A stretch of 43,420 nt of DNA from Kagunavirus LM02P1. The notes under the pieces were generated by a model. That model was not told where the DNA came from. It saw nothing but the letters and a program-made list of their open reading frames with translations, and did not search any database. How positions within the stretch are numbered: position 1 is the first letter of the stretch; each line of letters opens with the position of its first letter. The position numbers were made by a program, and so were the translations under genes. Positions 1 through 8,449 of the stretch are shown here, one piece after another. Location of the stretch: sequence record OZ035819.1. One strand, given 5' to 3'.

Positions 1-30
1 GTTAAGGCTGTTAAACCGGGGGTTGAGTAA
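1..30 (+). CDS. terS: terminase small subunit, 3' end (continuation of the ORF that runs off the window end at 43420)
   Basis: Frame 1 is open from position 1 to TAA at 28-30 and is exactly in phase with ORF 42938..43420 (483 nt, no stop); the stop overlaps the terL ATG at 30. Confidence 0.6.
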   Translation, partial: VKAVKPGVE

Positions 31-1265
31 TGGATATCCCATTAACCGAACCACAACAGGACTTTGTGTTCAGTACAAAGACACATCCAGCTATTGTCGC
101 GGGACTGGGGGCGGGCAAGTCCCGCGCGGCCACTATGCGTCTCCTGTATCTCATGTTGCGCGAGCGCGGGATAAACACCCTGTACACCATGCCTACGTAT
201 GACCTGTTGAAGCTGCGCGCCATCCCTGGTGTGGTTGATGACCTGAACATGATGGGGCTTAAGTATGACCTCAACAAATCAGAATACAGTATCCATGTTA
301 AGGGGTACGGCACTATGTTTTTCAGGTCATACGACAACCCGAACCGTCTAATCGCTTTTGAAGTAGCCCATTCTGTAGCCGATGAACTTGACGTTCTTAC
401 TAAAGAACAGGCGTCTCTGGTGTGGCGTAAAATTTCAGAGCGTACCCGACAGCCTTGCAGAGGGGGTAACAGTATTGCTGCTGTGACCACACCTGACCAG
501 GGATTCTCTGGATTTGTGTATGACTATTGGGTTACTAACGCTGACAGTTCTACGGAACTGATTAAGGCGTCTACGTTGTCTAACCCCTATTTACCTGATG
601 GCTACGTCGAACAGATACGCAGGAACTACGACGCGGCTTTGGCCGATATGTATATCAACGGTGAATTTGTCAGTTTGACGGCCAATAAGGTGTATCACTA
701 TTTCAAACGAAGCACCCATGACTCCACTCGCACCTTGCAGAACGGAGACGCTCTGCACATAGGGTTGGACTTTAACATCGGTGGCTGTTGCGCCACCGTG
801 AGCGTTATCGAAGACGGCAACCCGACGGTTGTTGATGAGTTTGTCAGCCATAATACCGACGACTTCGTCAATAATGTCAGGATACGGTATCCGGGCCATA
901 CGGTTACGGTTTACCCCGACGCATCAGGCCGCTCAGGTCACACTAATGCATCATTATCCGACATAGGTATCATAGAAAAGGCTGGCTTGCGTGTTAACGC
1001 TCCAAGTAAGAACCCATTCGTTAAAGACCGAATAAACGCGGTTAACGCTCTTTTGTCACATAGCCGTTTGAAGGTTAACACTTCAAAATGCCCTAAATTA
1101 ACGCAGTCACTGGAGACGCAGGGGTATAACGATAACGGTGAACCGGAGAAGTTTAAAACCCACCCGGCTATTGACGACTGGAACGACAGTTTAGGTTATT
1201 GTATGCATAGGTTGTTCCCTGTTGTCCGCCCTGTTATCAATACCCCAGTTCGTTTCGCACTTTAA
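30..1265 (+). CDS. terL: terminase large subunit
   Basis: 411 aa; Walker A GLGAGKS, Walker B-like VADELD, C-terminal nuclease-type motifs GLDFNIGG and VYPDASGRS; directly follows terS. Confidence 0.85.
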   Translation: MDIPLTEPQQDFVFSTKTHPAIVAGLGAGKSRAATMRLLYLMLRERGINTLYTMPTYDLLKLRAIPGVVDDLNMMGLKYDLNKSEYSIHVKGYGTMFFRSYDNPNRLIAFEVAHSVADELDVLTKEQASLVWRKISERTRQPCRGGNSIAAVTTPDQGFSGFVYDYWVTNADSSTELIKASTLSNPYLPDGYVEQIRRNYDAALADMYINGEFVSLTANKVYHYFKRSTHDSTRTLQNGDALHIGLDFNIGGCCATVSVIEDGNPTVVDEFVSHNTDDFVNNVRIRYPGHTVTVYPDASGRSGHTNASLSDIGIIEKAGLRVNAPSKNPFVKDRINAVNALLSHSRLKVNTSKCPKLTQSLETQGYNDNGEPEKFKTHPAIDDWNDSLGYCMHRLFPVVRPVINTPVRFAL

Positions 1266-1277
1266 GAGGATTATTCA

Positions 1278-2759
1278 ATGTTAACTATGAACGGTCAGAA
1301 TCAGGGTGTTAAAACTAAACACCGGGAATGGCTGCATCACTTCGATAAATGGCAGAAGGTGCGCCACGCACTGGAAGGCGACCTTATCCGCTATCTTCGC
1401 AACGTCGGGAAGAATGAGCCTGACCCGACCTACGCGGCCCAGCGCCAGGAAGAATACGAGAACGGCGCTATCTGCTACAACTTCACCAAGAGAACGCTGG
1501 CTGGGATGGTTGGGTCCGTGATGCGCAAAGACCCCGAGCAGATTATTCCGCCTGAGCTTGAGTACCTGTTGCGCAATGCGGACGGCTCCGGTGTCGGGCT
1601 GTGGCAGCACGCGCAGGATACGTTAATGGAGATTGACTCGGTGGGCCGTGGTGGGTTGCTGGTTGATGCCCCGGAGACTGCTGCGGCAACGGCGGCAGAA
1701 CAGAATGCGGGATTATTAAACCCGGTCATCGCATTTTACACCGCAGAGAACATCATCAACTGGCGACTGACTCGCGTTGGTTCAGTTAACCGCGTGACGA
1801 TGGTCGTGTTGCGCGAGGTGTGGGAGTACTCGGAACCGGGCGCAGAGTTCGAAACCAAGTTCGGTGAGCAGTATCGCGTTCTCGATTTGATTTACGGGCG
1901 CTACCGCCAGCGCATTTACCGCTTCGATGCCGAAGGTGGGGCTAATGGTGAAGTAATCGAAATATTCCCGGAACTTGGCGAACAGTTACGCGGCAAAATC
2001 CCGTTCACGTTCATTGGGGCAAGCAACAACGATGCGACCATCGACGATGCGCCTTTGCTGCCATTAGCTGAGCTTAATATCGGACATTTCCGCAACAGCG
2101 CGGACAACGAGGAATCCAGCTTCGTTGTCGGCCAGCCCACTCTGTTCATTGCTCCGGGTGAGAACATGAGCATGGAACAGTGGGCAGAAGCAAACCCACA
2201 CGGTGTGAGCATGGGGTCGCGTTCAGGCCATAACATCGGCTACGGTGGTAACGCGTTTCTTGTTCAGGCGGGTGAGAATAACCTCGCCAAACAGAACATG
2301 CTGGATAAAGAGAATCAGGCCATCCAGATTGGTGCGCAGCTTATCACGCCGACGCAGCAGATTACCGCTGAATCAGCCCGCCTGCAACGTGGCGCTGATA
2401 CATCCGTAATGGCAACCATTGCGCGTAACGTAAGCATGGCATACACAGAGGCGTTGCGTTGGGTGGCTGCTATGCTGGGCTTGCGCGAAGGCACGGAAAT
2501 TGAGTTCAAGCTAAACATGGAATTCTTCCTGCAACCGATGACGGCGCAAGACCGCGCACAGTGGATGGCAGACATTAACGCTGGTTTACTGCCAGCAACC
2601 GCCTACTACTCCGCGCTGCGTAAGGCCGGGGTAACTGACTGGACCGACGAGGAGATTACAACGGCGATTGAGGACGCACCTGTGCCGTTAGGCGCTGTTA
2701 CTCAGGTAACTGGCGATATTCCGCAGTCGGCGCAACAGCAGGACGCCACTCAGCAATAA
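1278..2759 (+). CDS. portal protein
   Basis: 493-aa ORF immediately after terL with RBS-like AAGAGGA upstream; size and position typical of portal. Confidence 0.7.
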   Translation: MLTMNGQNQGVKTKHREWLHHFDKWQKVRHALEGDLIRYLRNVGKNEPDPTYAAQRQEEYENGAICYNFTKRTLAGMVGSVMRKDPEQIIPPELEYLLRNADGSGVGLWQHAQDTLMEIDSVGRGGLLVDAPETAAATAAEQNAGLLNPVIAFYTAENIINWRLTRVGSVNRVTMVVLREVWEYSEPGAEFETKFGEQYRVLDLIYGRYRQRIYRFDAEGGANGEVIEIFPELGEQLRGKIPFTFIGASNNDATIDDAPLLPLAELNIGHFRNSADNEESSFVVGQPTLFIAPGENMSMEQWAEANPHGVSMGSRSGHNIGYGGNAFLVQAGENNLAKQNMLDKENQAIQIGAQLITPTQQITAESARLQRGADTSVMATIARNVSMAYTEALRWVAAMLGLREGTEIEFKLNMEFFLQPMTAQDRAQWMADINAGLLPATAYYSALRKAGVTDWTDEEITTAIEDAPVPLGAVTQVTGDIPQSAQQQDATQQ

Positions 2760-2795
2760 GTTCACCTGTAGCCCCGAAAGGGGCTTTCTTATAGT

Positions 2796-3872
2796 ATGCT
2801 ATTAACTTTAGCGCCACAGGGTTTATTTATGAGCTTACTGACATCACTAATCAGCCACCAGATTTGGCTGCAACGCAACGCATCTGGCGAAGTGAAAGAC
2901 CTCGCACCGTTCATTCAGGAGATGCGGGATGAAATCAAACGGCAGGTGCTGTTGTTCGGCGACGACGGGAGAAGCACCGCGCGTCTCAATAAACTGTTAC
3001 GCGACTTAGAAGAAGCACTGACAGGGCTAGCCGGAGACTGGCAAACAAAGCTGACCGAAGACCTTAAGGAACTGGCAGCGTATGAGGCTGAGTGGAATGT
3101 GAAAACACTCACGGCTAACGTCAACGCTGAATTTGTTACCCCTACCGCTGAGCAGGTGTGGTCTGCAGCCGTGTTTCAACCGCTGGCGTTACGCGACAAG
3201 CCAGTTGATTTCACTAAGCTAATGGATGGCTGGGGTGAAACAGAAGTATCGCGACTGGTAACTGGTGTTAAGATGGGTTTCGTTCAAGGCCAAACCACAC
3301 GGCAGATTGTTAAAAATGTCGTTGGCGCTGGCGGACTGGCGGACATCTCTGAGCGCAACGCAGCTACGGTAACCCGCACCGCGCTGTCGCACATATCCAA
3401 CGAAGCACGCAACGAGACGTACCGTCAGAACGACGACATCATCGAGAAATATGAATGGGTATCGACGCTTGACAGCCGTACCAGTACGATTTGCAGAGCC
3501 AGGGACGGAATGACGTGGGAAATCGGTAAGGGGCCGATGCCCCCCGCCCATTTTGGCTGCCGAAGCACCACAGCACCTGTAATCAGTTCAGAATTCGACT
3601 TCCTCGATAAAGACGCAAAACGTGCAGCTAAGGGTGCGGACGGCGGAACTCAGGTAAGCGTGGACACCTCTTACTACGAGTTCCTAAAACAACAACCGGC
3701 ATGGTTTCAGGATGAAGCACTCGGTCCTGTTCGCGGTAAGATTTTCCGCAACAGCGGTATATCGCCGGAAGAGTTTCGCGTAATATCTGTAGATGGTTTC
3801 GGGAATCCGCTTACGCTTAAGCAGATGGCGGAACTCGATAAACGTGTTGCTGATTATCTGAAAGGGGAATAA
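2796..3872 (+). CDS. head morphogenesis protein (Mu F / SPP1 gp7-like minor capsid protein)
   Basis: 358 aa; conserved stretch WVSTLDSRTSTICRARDGMTWEI...PPAHFGCRS typical of this family; follows portal; alternative ATG at 2829. Confidence 0.75.
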   Translation: MLLTLAPQGLFMSLLTSLISHQIWLQRNASGEVKDLAPFIQEMRDEIKRQVLLFGDDGRSTARLNKLLRDLEEALTGLAGDWQTKLTEDLKELAAYEAEWNVKTLTANVNAEFVTPTAEQVWSAAVFQPLALRDKPVDFTKLMDGWGETEVSRLVTGVKMGFVQGQTTRQIVKNVVGAGGLADISERNAATVTRTALSHISNEARNETYRQNDDIIEKYEWVSTLDSRTSTICRARDGMTWEIGKGPMPPAHFGCRSTTAPVISSEFDFLDKDAKRAAKGADGGTQVSVDTSYYEFLKQQPAWFQDEALGPVRGKIFRNSGISPEEFRVISVDGFGNPLTLKQMAELDKRVADYLKGE

Positions 3873-4333
3873 TGATGGGCTTTTTCAAAGTAACTGACGT
3901 ACCTTCGCGTCGCGTTGTCCAGTTTGCTCGCGTGTCTGGCTCCGGTGAGAACGTGGTGTCTATTGGGGACGAAAGTGTACTAGGTACGCCAGTAGATGAT
4001 ATGCCGTTTGCAGATAAGACCGGTATTGCGCTACCCGCCGCGGGGATGCTTTACGAGATTCCGTATCTGGCTGACGCCGGCGACGTGTATTTCTCTGTGC
4101 AACCGAAAGACACGGAACTGACAGACGGCAGCGCGACTCTCACTGTCGAAGTTAAAGCCGGTAAAGCGCCATATGCTCTGACCTGGTACAAAGATGGCAA
4201 GGAAGTGGTAAACGCCCCGGAAGAGGCTTTGTCTCTGACGGTTAATGCTGTCGGTGAATACTTCGTTAAAGTTACCGATGCCGATGGTGTAGAGACGGTG
4301 AGTAAAGCGGCGAAGGTCACTAAGCCAGAATGA
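3872..4333 (+). CDS. Ig-like domain protein (possible head decoration/accessory)
   Basis: 153 aa; Ig-like signature YALTWYKDGKEV...GEYFVKVTDADG; ATGA overlap with upstream stop. Confidence 0.45.
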   Translation: MMGFFKVTDVPSRRVVQFARVSGSGENVVSIGDESVLGTPVDDMPFADKTGIALPAAGMLYEIPYLADAGDVYFSVQPKDTELTDGSATLTVEVKAGKAPYALTWYKDGKEVVNAPEEALSLTVNAVGEYFVKVTDADGVETVSKAAKVTKPE

Positions 4334-4336
4334 TAA

Positions 4337-4365
4337 AAGGCCCCGTTATGGGGCCTTAGTTTTAT
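4337..4365. terminator. bidirectional intrinsic terminator
   Basis: GC hairpin AAGGCCCC-gttat-GGGGCCTT flanked by T-runs on both strands, between convergent genes 3872..4333 (+) and 4362..4655 (-). Confidence 0.6.
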
Positions 4366-4655
4366 TTCTTTCCTAATGCTTTCTTGATTGCTTTGCCGGC
4401 CAGATTTAACGGATGGTCTTCATGGCAATCATCAGAAGATACCGCGCAAACATCCTCAACGTAATCGCGAAGCTGGCGAAGTGCTTCAAGTAACTCTGGT
4501 GCCGAGGCGATAAGTTTTGCGTTAGCCAATTTTACTGAGTCCTTTTCCCTCATACTCATTACCTCCGCCACATAAACATCACCCGCCCAGATAGCCGTTC
4601 CGCGATTAACCCATGCACCGTCTGTACCTTTAAATTCGTGTGTCATTTTTTTCAT
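4362..4655 (-). CDS. hypothetical protein (antisense moron, 97 aa)
   Basis: ATG at 4655 with own promoter at 4676-4704 and terminator at 4337-4365; no motif recognised. Confidence 0.55.
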   Translation of the reverse strand: MKKMTHEFKGTDGAWVNRGTAIWAGDVYVAEVMSMREKDSVKLANAKLIASAPELLEALRQLRDYVEDVCAVSSDDCHEDHPLNLAGKAIKKALGKK

Positions 4656-4675
4656 CTCCTGTTCAAGTTAACTGA

Positions 4676-4704
4676 ATAGTACCCTATTATATTGGGGTGT
4701 GCAA
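4676..4704 (-). promoter_or_regulatory. sigma70-type promoter (TTGCAC-N17-TACTAT) for 4362..4655
   Basis: Read on minus strand; core 27 nt (4673-4699) identical to 13905-13931. Confidence 0.55.
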
Positions 4705-4770
4705 ACTATTTGTCTACGTATTCCAGTTATTCCGCTCAATTGTAAATGTTGGAATAAACTATTCGAATAG

Positions 4771-4799
4771 TTGACTTTTCACTGAAAATGTGCTAAGCT
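4771..4799 (+). promoter_or_regulatory. strong sigma70-type promoter TTGACT-N17-TAAGCT with TGn extended -10
   Basis: -35 at 4771-4776, -10 at 4794-4799 preceded by TGC; perfect palindrome CTATTCGAATAG at 4759-4770 abuts the -35. Confidence 0.55.
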
Positions 4800-4805
4800 C
4801 CACCT

Positions 4806-5006
4806 GAGCTTGTGAAGTATGAACAAGCGACCGCGGCGCGGGCAGGTAACGGAGCGGGACGTAAGTCCTGAGTGTAGTTACGCTGACGCGTTCGGAAGGG
4901 CCATACTCTATTGCTTGTGTAAAAAGTAGCTGGTTTACTGAGATTACGCCGTTTTTATGTTTAAATGATAAGGACTAGCGCCCCGCTTTATGGCGGGGCT
5001 TTACTT
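4806..5006 (+). ncRNA. candidate ~200-nt noncoding transcript (or leader) between promoter 4771 and terminator 4978
   Basis: GC-rich, stop-rich region bounded by a promoter and an intrinsic terminator; only coding option is a 36-codon ORF (4819..4929) without a clear RBS. Confidence 0.3.
4978..5006 (+). terminator. intrinsic terminator
   Basis: Hairpin CGCCCCGC-tttatg-GCGGGGC followed by TTTACTT, 18 nt upstream of the Rz ATG. Confidence 0.5.
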
Positions 5007-5023
5007 ATCGAGAAAGGAGAAAC

Positions 5024-5410
5024 ATGAATCTTAAAGCAACTGTCGTAGCTGTAGCATGTTTCATCATCCTTGCCTACGCACACGGCTACTATCAATACCG
5101 CATCGGCTGGAACGAAGGCCGGGTGAATCTCGTTTCGCAGCAACAGCAGAAAGCACAGGCTGAGTTAGCGAAGAAAACACAACGGCAGCAGCAGGACGAA
5201 TCTAAGGCCGCCGCCGCCGATTCCAAAGGCAAGACTGAATCTGAGGTAATCACCCGTGAAGTCGTTAAGTACATTAAAACGCCTGGTCGCAGCGTGTGCA
5301 CTTTCGATGATGCTCGCGTCCTGCTCAAGTCCCGCGCCGTCGCAAACGCCAATTCCATCTCCGGATACGACGATGATACAGCCGCCGTGCAAGCTGGCAC
5401 CGCCAAGTAG
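5024..5410 (+). CDS. Rz: i-spanin (Rz-like inner-membrane spanin subunit)
   Basis: 128 aa; N-terminal TM helix VVAVACFIILAYA then charged Q/K/A-rich periplasmic region; a lipoprotein ORF overlaps in the +1 frame. Confidence 0.65.
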   Translation: MNLKATVVAVACFIILAYAHGYYQYRIGWNEGRVNLVSQQQQKAQAELAKKTQRQQQDESKAAAADSKGKTESEVITREVVKYIKTPGRSVCTFDDARVLLKSRAVANANSISGYDDDTAAVQAGTAK

Positions 5411-5519
5411 CGACGCTGACGAGGATTTGGCTATTGATGTCCAGAACGCCGAATGTGTACGGCAACTGCGTCTTAAGGTATTCCAGTTGCAGGATTATGT
5501 GAGGAATATTCTGGAATAG
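5256..5519 (+). CDS. Rz1: o-spanin (Rz1-like outer-membrane lipoprotein), overlapped architecture
   Basis: 87 aa; signal peptide with lipobox LASC, proline-rich mature part (SSPAPSQTPIPSPD); begins inside Rz in another frame and extends past its stop. Confidence 0.6.
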   Translation: MKSLSTLKRLVAACALSMMLASCSSPAPSQTPIPSPDTTMIQPPCKLAPPSSDADEDLAIDVQNAECVRQLRLKVFQLQDYVRNILE

Positions 5520-5601
5520 TTGCCTTGCATGTTGGAATAATTTATTCTTGACATGTAAATCCGGGTGGCCCGGGTTCCAACGTCCAGGGGACATACTGAC
5601 T

Positions 5602-6303
5602 ATGAATCGTTTTTTACGTTATCCGTTCCAGGAAGAAGCTGGAGCAGAAGATAAATCAGGTGGCGGTGACGCTCCTAAAATGTACACAGCCGAAGAAGTT
5701 CAGGCGCTGATTGAGAAAGAAGTTGCCGGGCTTAAGGCCAATCAGGAAGCATTGCTGGCGGAGAAGAAAGAAGCCGCTCGCAAAGCAAAAGAGGCCGAAG
5801 AAGAACGGCAGCGCGCACACCAGGAGGCACTAAAAGCCGCTGGTAAGATGGATGAGTTCGAAAAGACGATTCGTAGCCAGTATGACCCGGTGTTAGCTGA
5901 GAAAGACGGTCGCATCTCCAGAATGGCAGAGCGCATCCTCGGCAGCGAACGTAAAGCGGTGTTAGGCTCTTTCGCGGGTGACTTCATTACCCCCGAAGCA
6001 GTAGACATTCTTGCGCCGTTCGTTAAGACTGAGTTTGAAGGTGATGATGTGGTTACTAAGTTTGTCGGCGCAGATGGCAACGTAATCACGACTGACCCGG
6101 AACAGTTCCGCAAATACCTGCGTGAACACAAAGCGTTTTCGCATTTGATTAAAGCAAATGCAGCTTCCGGCGGCGGGGCTTCCGGCGGCAAAGGCGGCGG
6201 GGCCGCACCAGCGTTTAAAGATATGAACGAAGCGGAGCGTTTAGCTCTGTACAAATCGAACCCTGCCGAATTTGAACGGCAACTTAAAGCCCTGAGGAAA
6301 TAA
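5602..6303 (+). CDS. scaffolding protein
   Basis: Coiled-coil, E/K/A-rich sequence immediately upstream of major capsid gene; ATG at 5602 chosen, frame is open from 5548. Confidence 0.55.
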   Translation: MNRFLRYPFQEEAGAEDKSGGGDAPKMYTAEEVQALIEKEVAGLKANQEALLAEKKEAARKAKEAEEERQRAHQEALKAAGKMDEFEKTIRSQYDPVLAEKDGRISRMAERILGSERKAVLGSFAGDFITPEAVDILAPFVKTEFEGDDVVTKFVGADGNVITTDPEQFRKYLREHKAFSHLIKANAASGGGASGGKGGGAAPAFKDMNEAERLALYKSNPAEFERQLKALRK

Positions 6304-6305
6304 TA

Positions 6306-7355
6306 ATGGCAATTACCACTATCGGCGATATCGTAACTGGCAACGTACCCGTCCTTCTGTCTTATATGACTGAGGACCCGGTAGAGAAAACCGCGTTCTT
6401 CCAGTCCGGCATCCTGACCCCTACCCCGTACGCAGCAGATATTGCTCGTGGCCCGTCCAACATCGCTAATATTCCTTTCTGGAAAGCGATTGATACTTCT
6501 ATCGAGCCGAACTACTCGAACGATGTATACCAGGACATCGCCACTCCGCGCAACGTACAAACCGGTGAGATGATGGCGCGCGTCGCTTATCTGAACGAAG
6601 GTTTCGGACAAGCTGACCTGACTGTTGAACTGACCAGCCAGAACCCGCTGCAATCTGTTGCCTCTCGTCTGGATAACTTCTGGCAGCGTCAGGCTCAGCG
6701 CCGTCTGATTGCTACCGCCCTCGGTCTGTACAACGACAACGTAACGGCTACCGATGCCTACCACGAGCAGAACGACATGGTTATCGACGTGTCTGCAACT
6801 CTGGGATTCGATTCCGGTGCGTTCATTGATGCTACCCAGACCATGGGTGATGCGCTGATGGGTAACAGCGGTGAAGTGCTGGGTGCAATCGCGATGCACA
6901 GCTTTGTGTATGCACAGGCGCGTAAGCAACAGCTCATCGACTTCATCCGTGATGCCGACAACAACACCATGTTTGCCACCTACCAGGGCTACCGCGTGAT
7001 TGTTGACGACAGCATGACCGTAGTCGGCACTGGCCCTAGCCGTAAGTTCATCTCCATCATCTTCGGCAACGGTGCTATCGGTTACGGCGAGGGCAACCCG
7101 TCCAACCCTCTGGAATACGGGCGTGAAGCGTCTCGCGGTAACGGCGGCGGTGTTGAAACCCTGTGGACCCGTAAGACCTGGTTGCTGCACCCACTGGGCT
7201 ACAGCTTCACCAGTGCGGTAATCACCGGTAACGGTACTGAAACCGTAGCACGCTCTGCTTCCTGGCAGGACCTGGCAAACGCCTCCAACTGGAACCGCGT
7301 TGTTGACCGTAAGCATGTACCTATTGCCTTCCTGGTAACTGGTGTCGGTGCTTAA
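6306..7355 (+). CDS. major capsid protein
   Basis: 349-aa ORF after scaffold, followed by strong terminator at 7371-7395; codon-biased, highly expressed-looking. Confidence 0.75.
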   Translation: MAITTIGDIVTGNVPVLLSYMTEDPVEKTAFFQSGILTPTPYAADIARGPSNIANIPFWKAIDTSIEPNYSNDVYQDIATPRNVQTGEMMARVAYLNEGFGQADLTVELTSQNPLQSVASRLDNFWQRQAQRRLIATALGLYNDNVTATDAYHEQNDMVIDVSATLGFDSGAFIDATQTMGDALMGNSGEVLGAIAMHSFVYAQARKQQLIDFIRDADNNTMFATYQGYRVIVDDSMTVVGTGPSRKFISIIFGNGAIGYGEGNPSNPLEYGREASRGNGGGVETLWTRKTWLLHPLGYSFTSAVITGNGTETVARSASWQDLANASNWNRVVDRKHVPIAFLVTGVGA

Positions 7356-7370
7356 GGTTAAGCTATAATC

Positions 7371-7395
7371 GGGAGGGACTTCGGTCCCTCTTTTC
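7371..7395 (+). terminator. intrinsic terminator after capsid gene
   Basis: Hairpin GAGGGAC-ttcg-GTCCCTC followed by TTTT. Confidence 0.65.
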
Positions 7396-7414
7396 ATTTA
7401 CTAAGAGGTAAATT

Positions 7415-7714
7415 ATGGCTAAGACCGGAAAAGGCTTACCGCGTAGTCTCCAGAATGTCGACTTCGGCGACTTTGACATCCCAGTAACGCCGGCTACTAC
7501 CAGCGTAGTTGGCGGGGTTAAAAAGTCAGCTACTGTAGCCGCCCCCGCGGCCATTACTGCTGGTGAAGGAGCGCAGTCTGCTGATGCCCCGACTAAGACC
7601 GAGTTCGATGCTCTTGTAGCGGAGTACAACAAACTTCGAACTGATGTAACCGCGCTGCGCACTACCGTAGCAAATCTGTTGACTGCGCTTAAAAACGCAG
7701 GAACTGTAAGCTAA
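7415..7714 (+). CDS. hypothetical structural protein (99 aa)
   Basis: RBS AAGAGG upstream; A/T/S-rich with C-terminal amphipathic helix; position between capsid and connector genes. Confidence 0.4.
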   Translation: MAKTGKGLPRSLQNVDFGDFDIPVTPATTSVVGGVKKSATVAAPAAITAGEGAQSADAPTKTEFDALVAEYNKLRTDVTALRTTVANLLTALKNAGTVS

Positions 7715-7726
7715 AGGAGCTTAAAA

Positions 7727-8077
7727 ATGGTTGATGTAATCAAACGTCGTATTACCGGTGTTTCTGACGATTCTCCTGCCGATGGTCAGGTTGAAATCGA
7801 CATGGCGAATATCTCGCCAGCGTCTTTTTCTACCGCACTGAACGCCACAACGGCAGTTACGGCAGGGCAGACTATGACTCTTACCGTAGTGGTAACTGGC
7901 GGTATGGAGCCCTATTCCTACCAGTGGTACAAGAACAACAATGCCATCGCCGGGGCTACCGCGGCTACCTACGCTAAAGCGTCAACCACTACCGCCGATT
8001 CTGGTACGTATAAAGTGGTTGTTCACGATGTATATGGTAATATTATCTCCAGCAGCACCGTAGCAACTGTATCTTAA
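7727..8077 (+). CDS. Ig-like domain protein (possible decoration protein)
   Basis: 116 aa; Ig-like signature YSYQWYKNNNAI...SGTYKVVVHDVYGN. Confidence 0.45.
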   Translation: MVDVIKRRITGVSDDSPADGQVEIDMANISPASFSTALNATTAVTAGQTMTLTVVVTGGMEPYSYQWYKNNNAIAGATAATYAKASTTTADSGTYKVVVHDVYGNIISSSTVATVS

Positions 8078-8113
8078 TACAACGGCCCTTCGGGGCCGTA
8101 ATAAGGAAAGGTC

Positions 8114-8293
8114 ATGGCAGATAATTATGTAATCCGCGAAAAGTACACCCACGTTGATGTTGTTGACGGTCAGGTGATGCCTGTTCGCGGTGTGGTAGAA
8201 GCGGATGAACTGGTTGCGACTCAACCGGACAACGAAGAAGCGCACAACAACGGCGGTGGTACTAAGCGTCGCCGCCGTAAGTCAGAGGAATAG
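8114..8293 (+). CDS. small hypothetical protein (59 aa, basic C-terminus KRRRRK)
   Basis: ATG at 8114 with RBS AGGAAAGG; not in ORF track (below length cutoff); coordinates checked codon by codon. Confidence 0.3.
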   Translation: MADNYVIREKYTHVDVVDGQVMPVRGVVEADELVATQPDNEEAHNNGGGTKRRRRKSEE

Positions 8294-8296
8294 TAC

Positions 8297-8449
8297 ATGA
8301 ATATCGTGCGCCGCTTGCTCTGTACCCACAAATACCGAACGGTAAGAGTCGCATATGGTGACGAGATAATTGGTAGAAATTACAAGCGATATTGCCAAGA
8401 GTGCACAAAATGCGGCGCAATCAGATACGTGGGTGGTGATAAATGTTAA
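8297..8449 (+). CDS. small Cys-rich protein (50 aa; CxH...CxxCxxC)
   Basis: ATG at 8297 with RBS GAGGAA; stop overlaps ATG of next gene (ATGTTAA). Confidence 0.3.
   Translation: MNIVRRLLCTHKYRTVRVAYGDEIIGRNYKRYCQECTKCGAIRYVGGDKC

Noticed and set aside
2770-2790. Hairpin AGCCCC-gaaa-GGGGCT between the portal and head-morphogenesis genes as a terminator
   Set aside because: A strong terminator here would uncouple essential head genes from the late promoter, and the U-tract is weak (TTCTT); more likely an RNA stability or processing hairpin.
5548-5576. TTGACA at 5548 as a standalone promoter
   Set aside because: No acceptable -10 hexamer at 16-18 nt spacing (CGGGTT); retained only as part of the upstream-motif observation.
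5742-7397. 551-aa ORF on the minus strand spanning the scaffold and major capsid genes
   Set aside because: Fully antisense to two well-supported, RBS-preceded structural genes; Ser/Arg/Gly/Ala-rich low-complexity translation typical of a shadow frame; no promoter or RBS.
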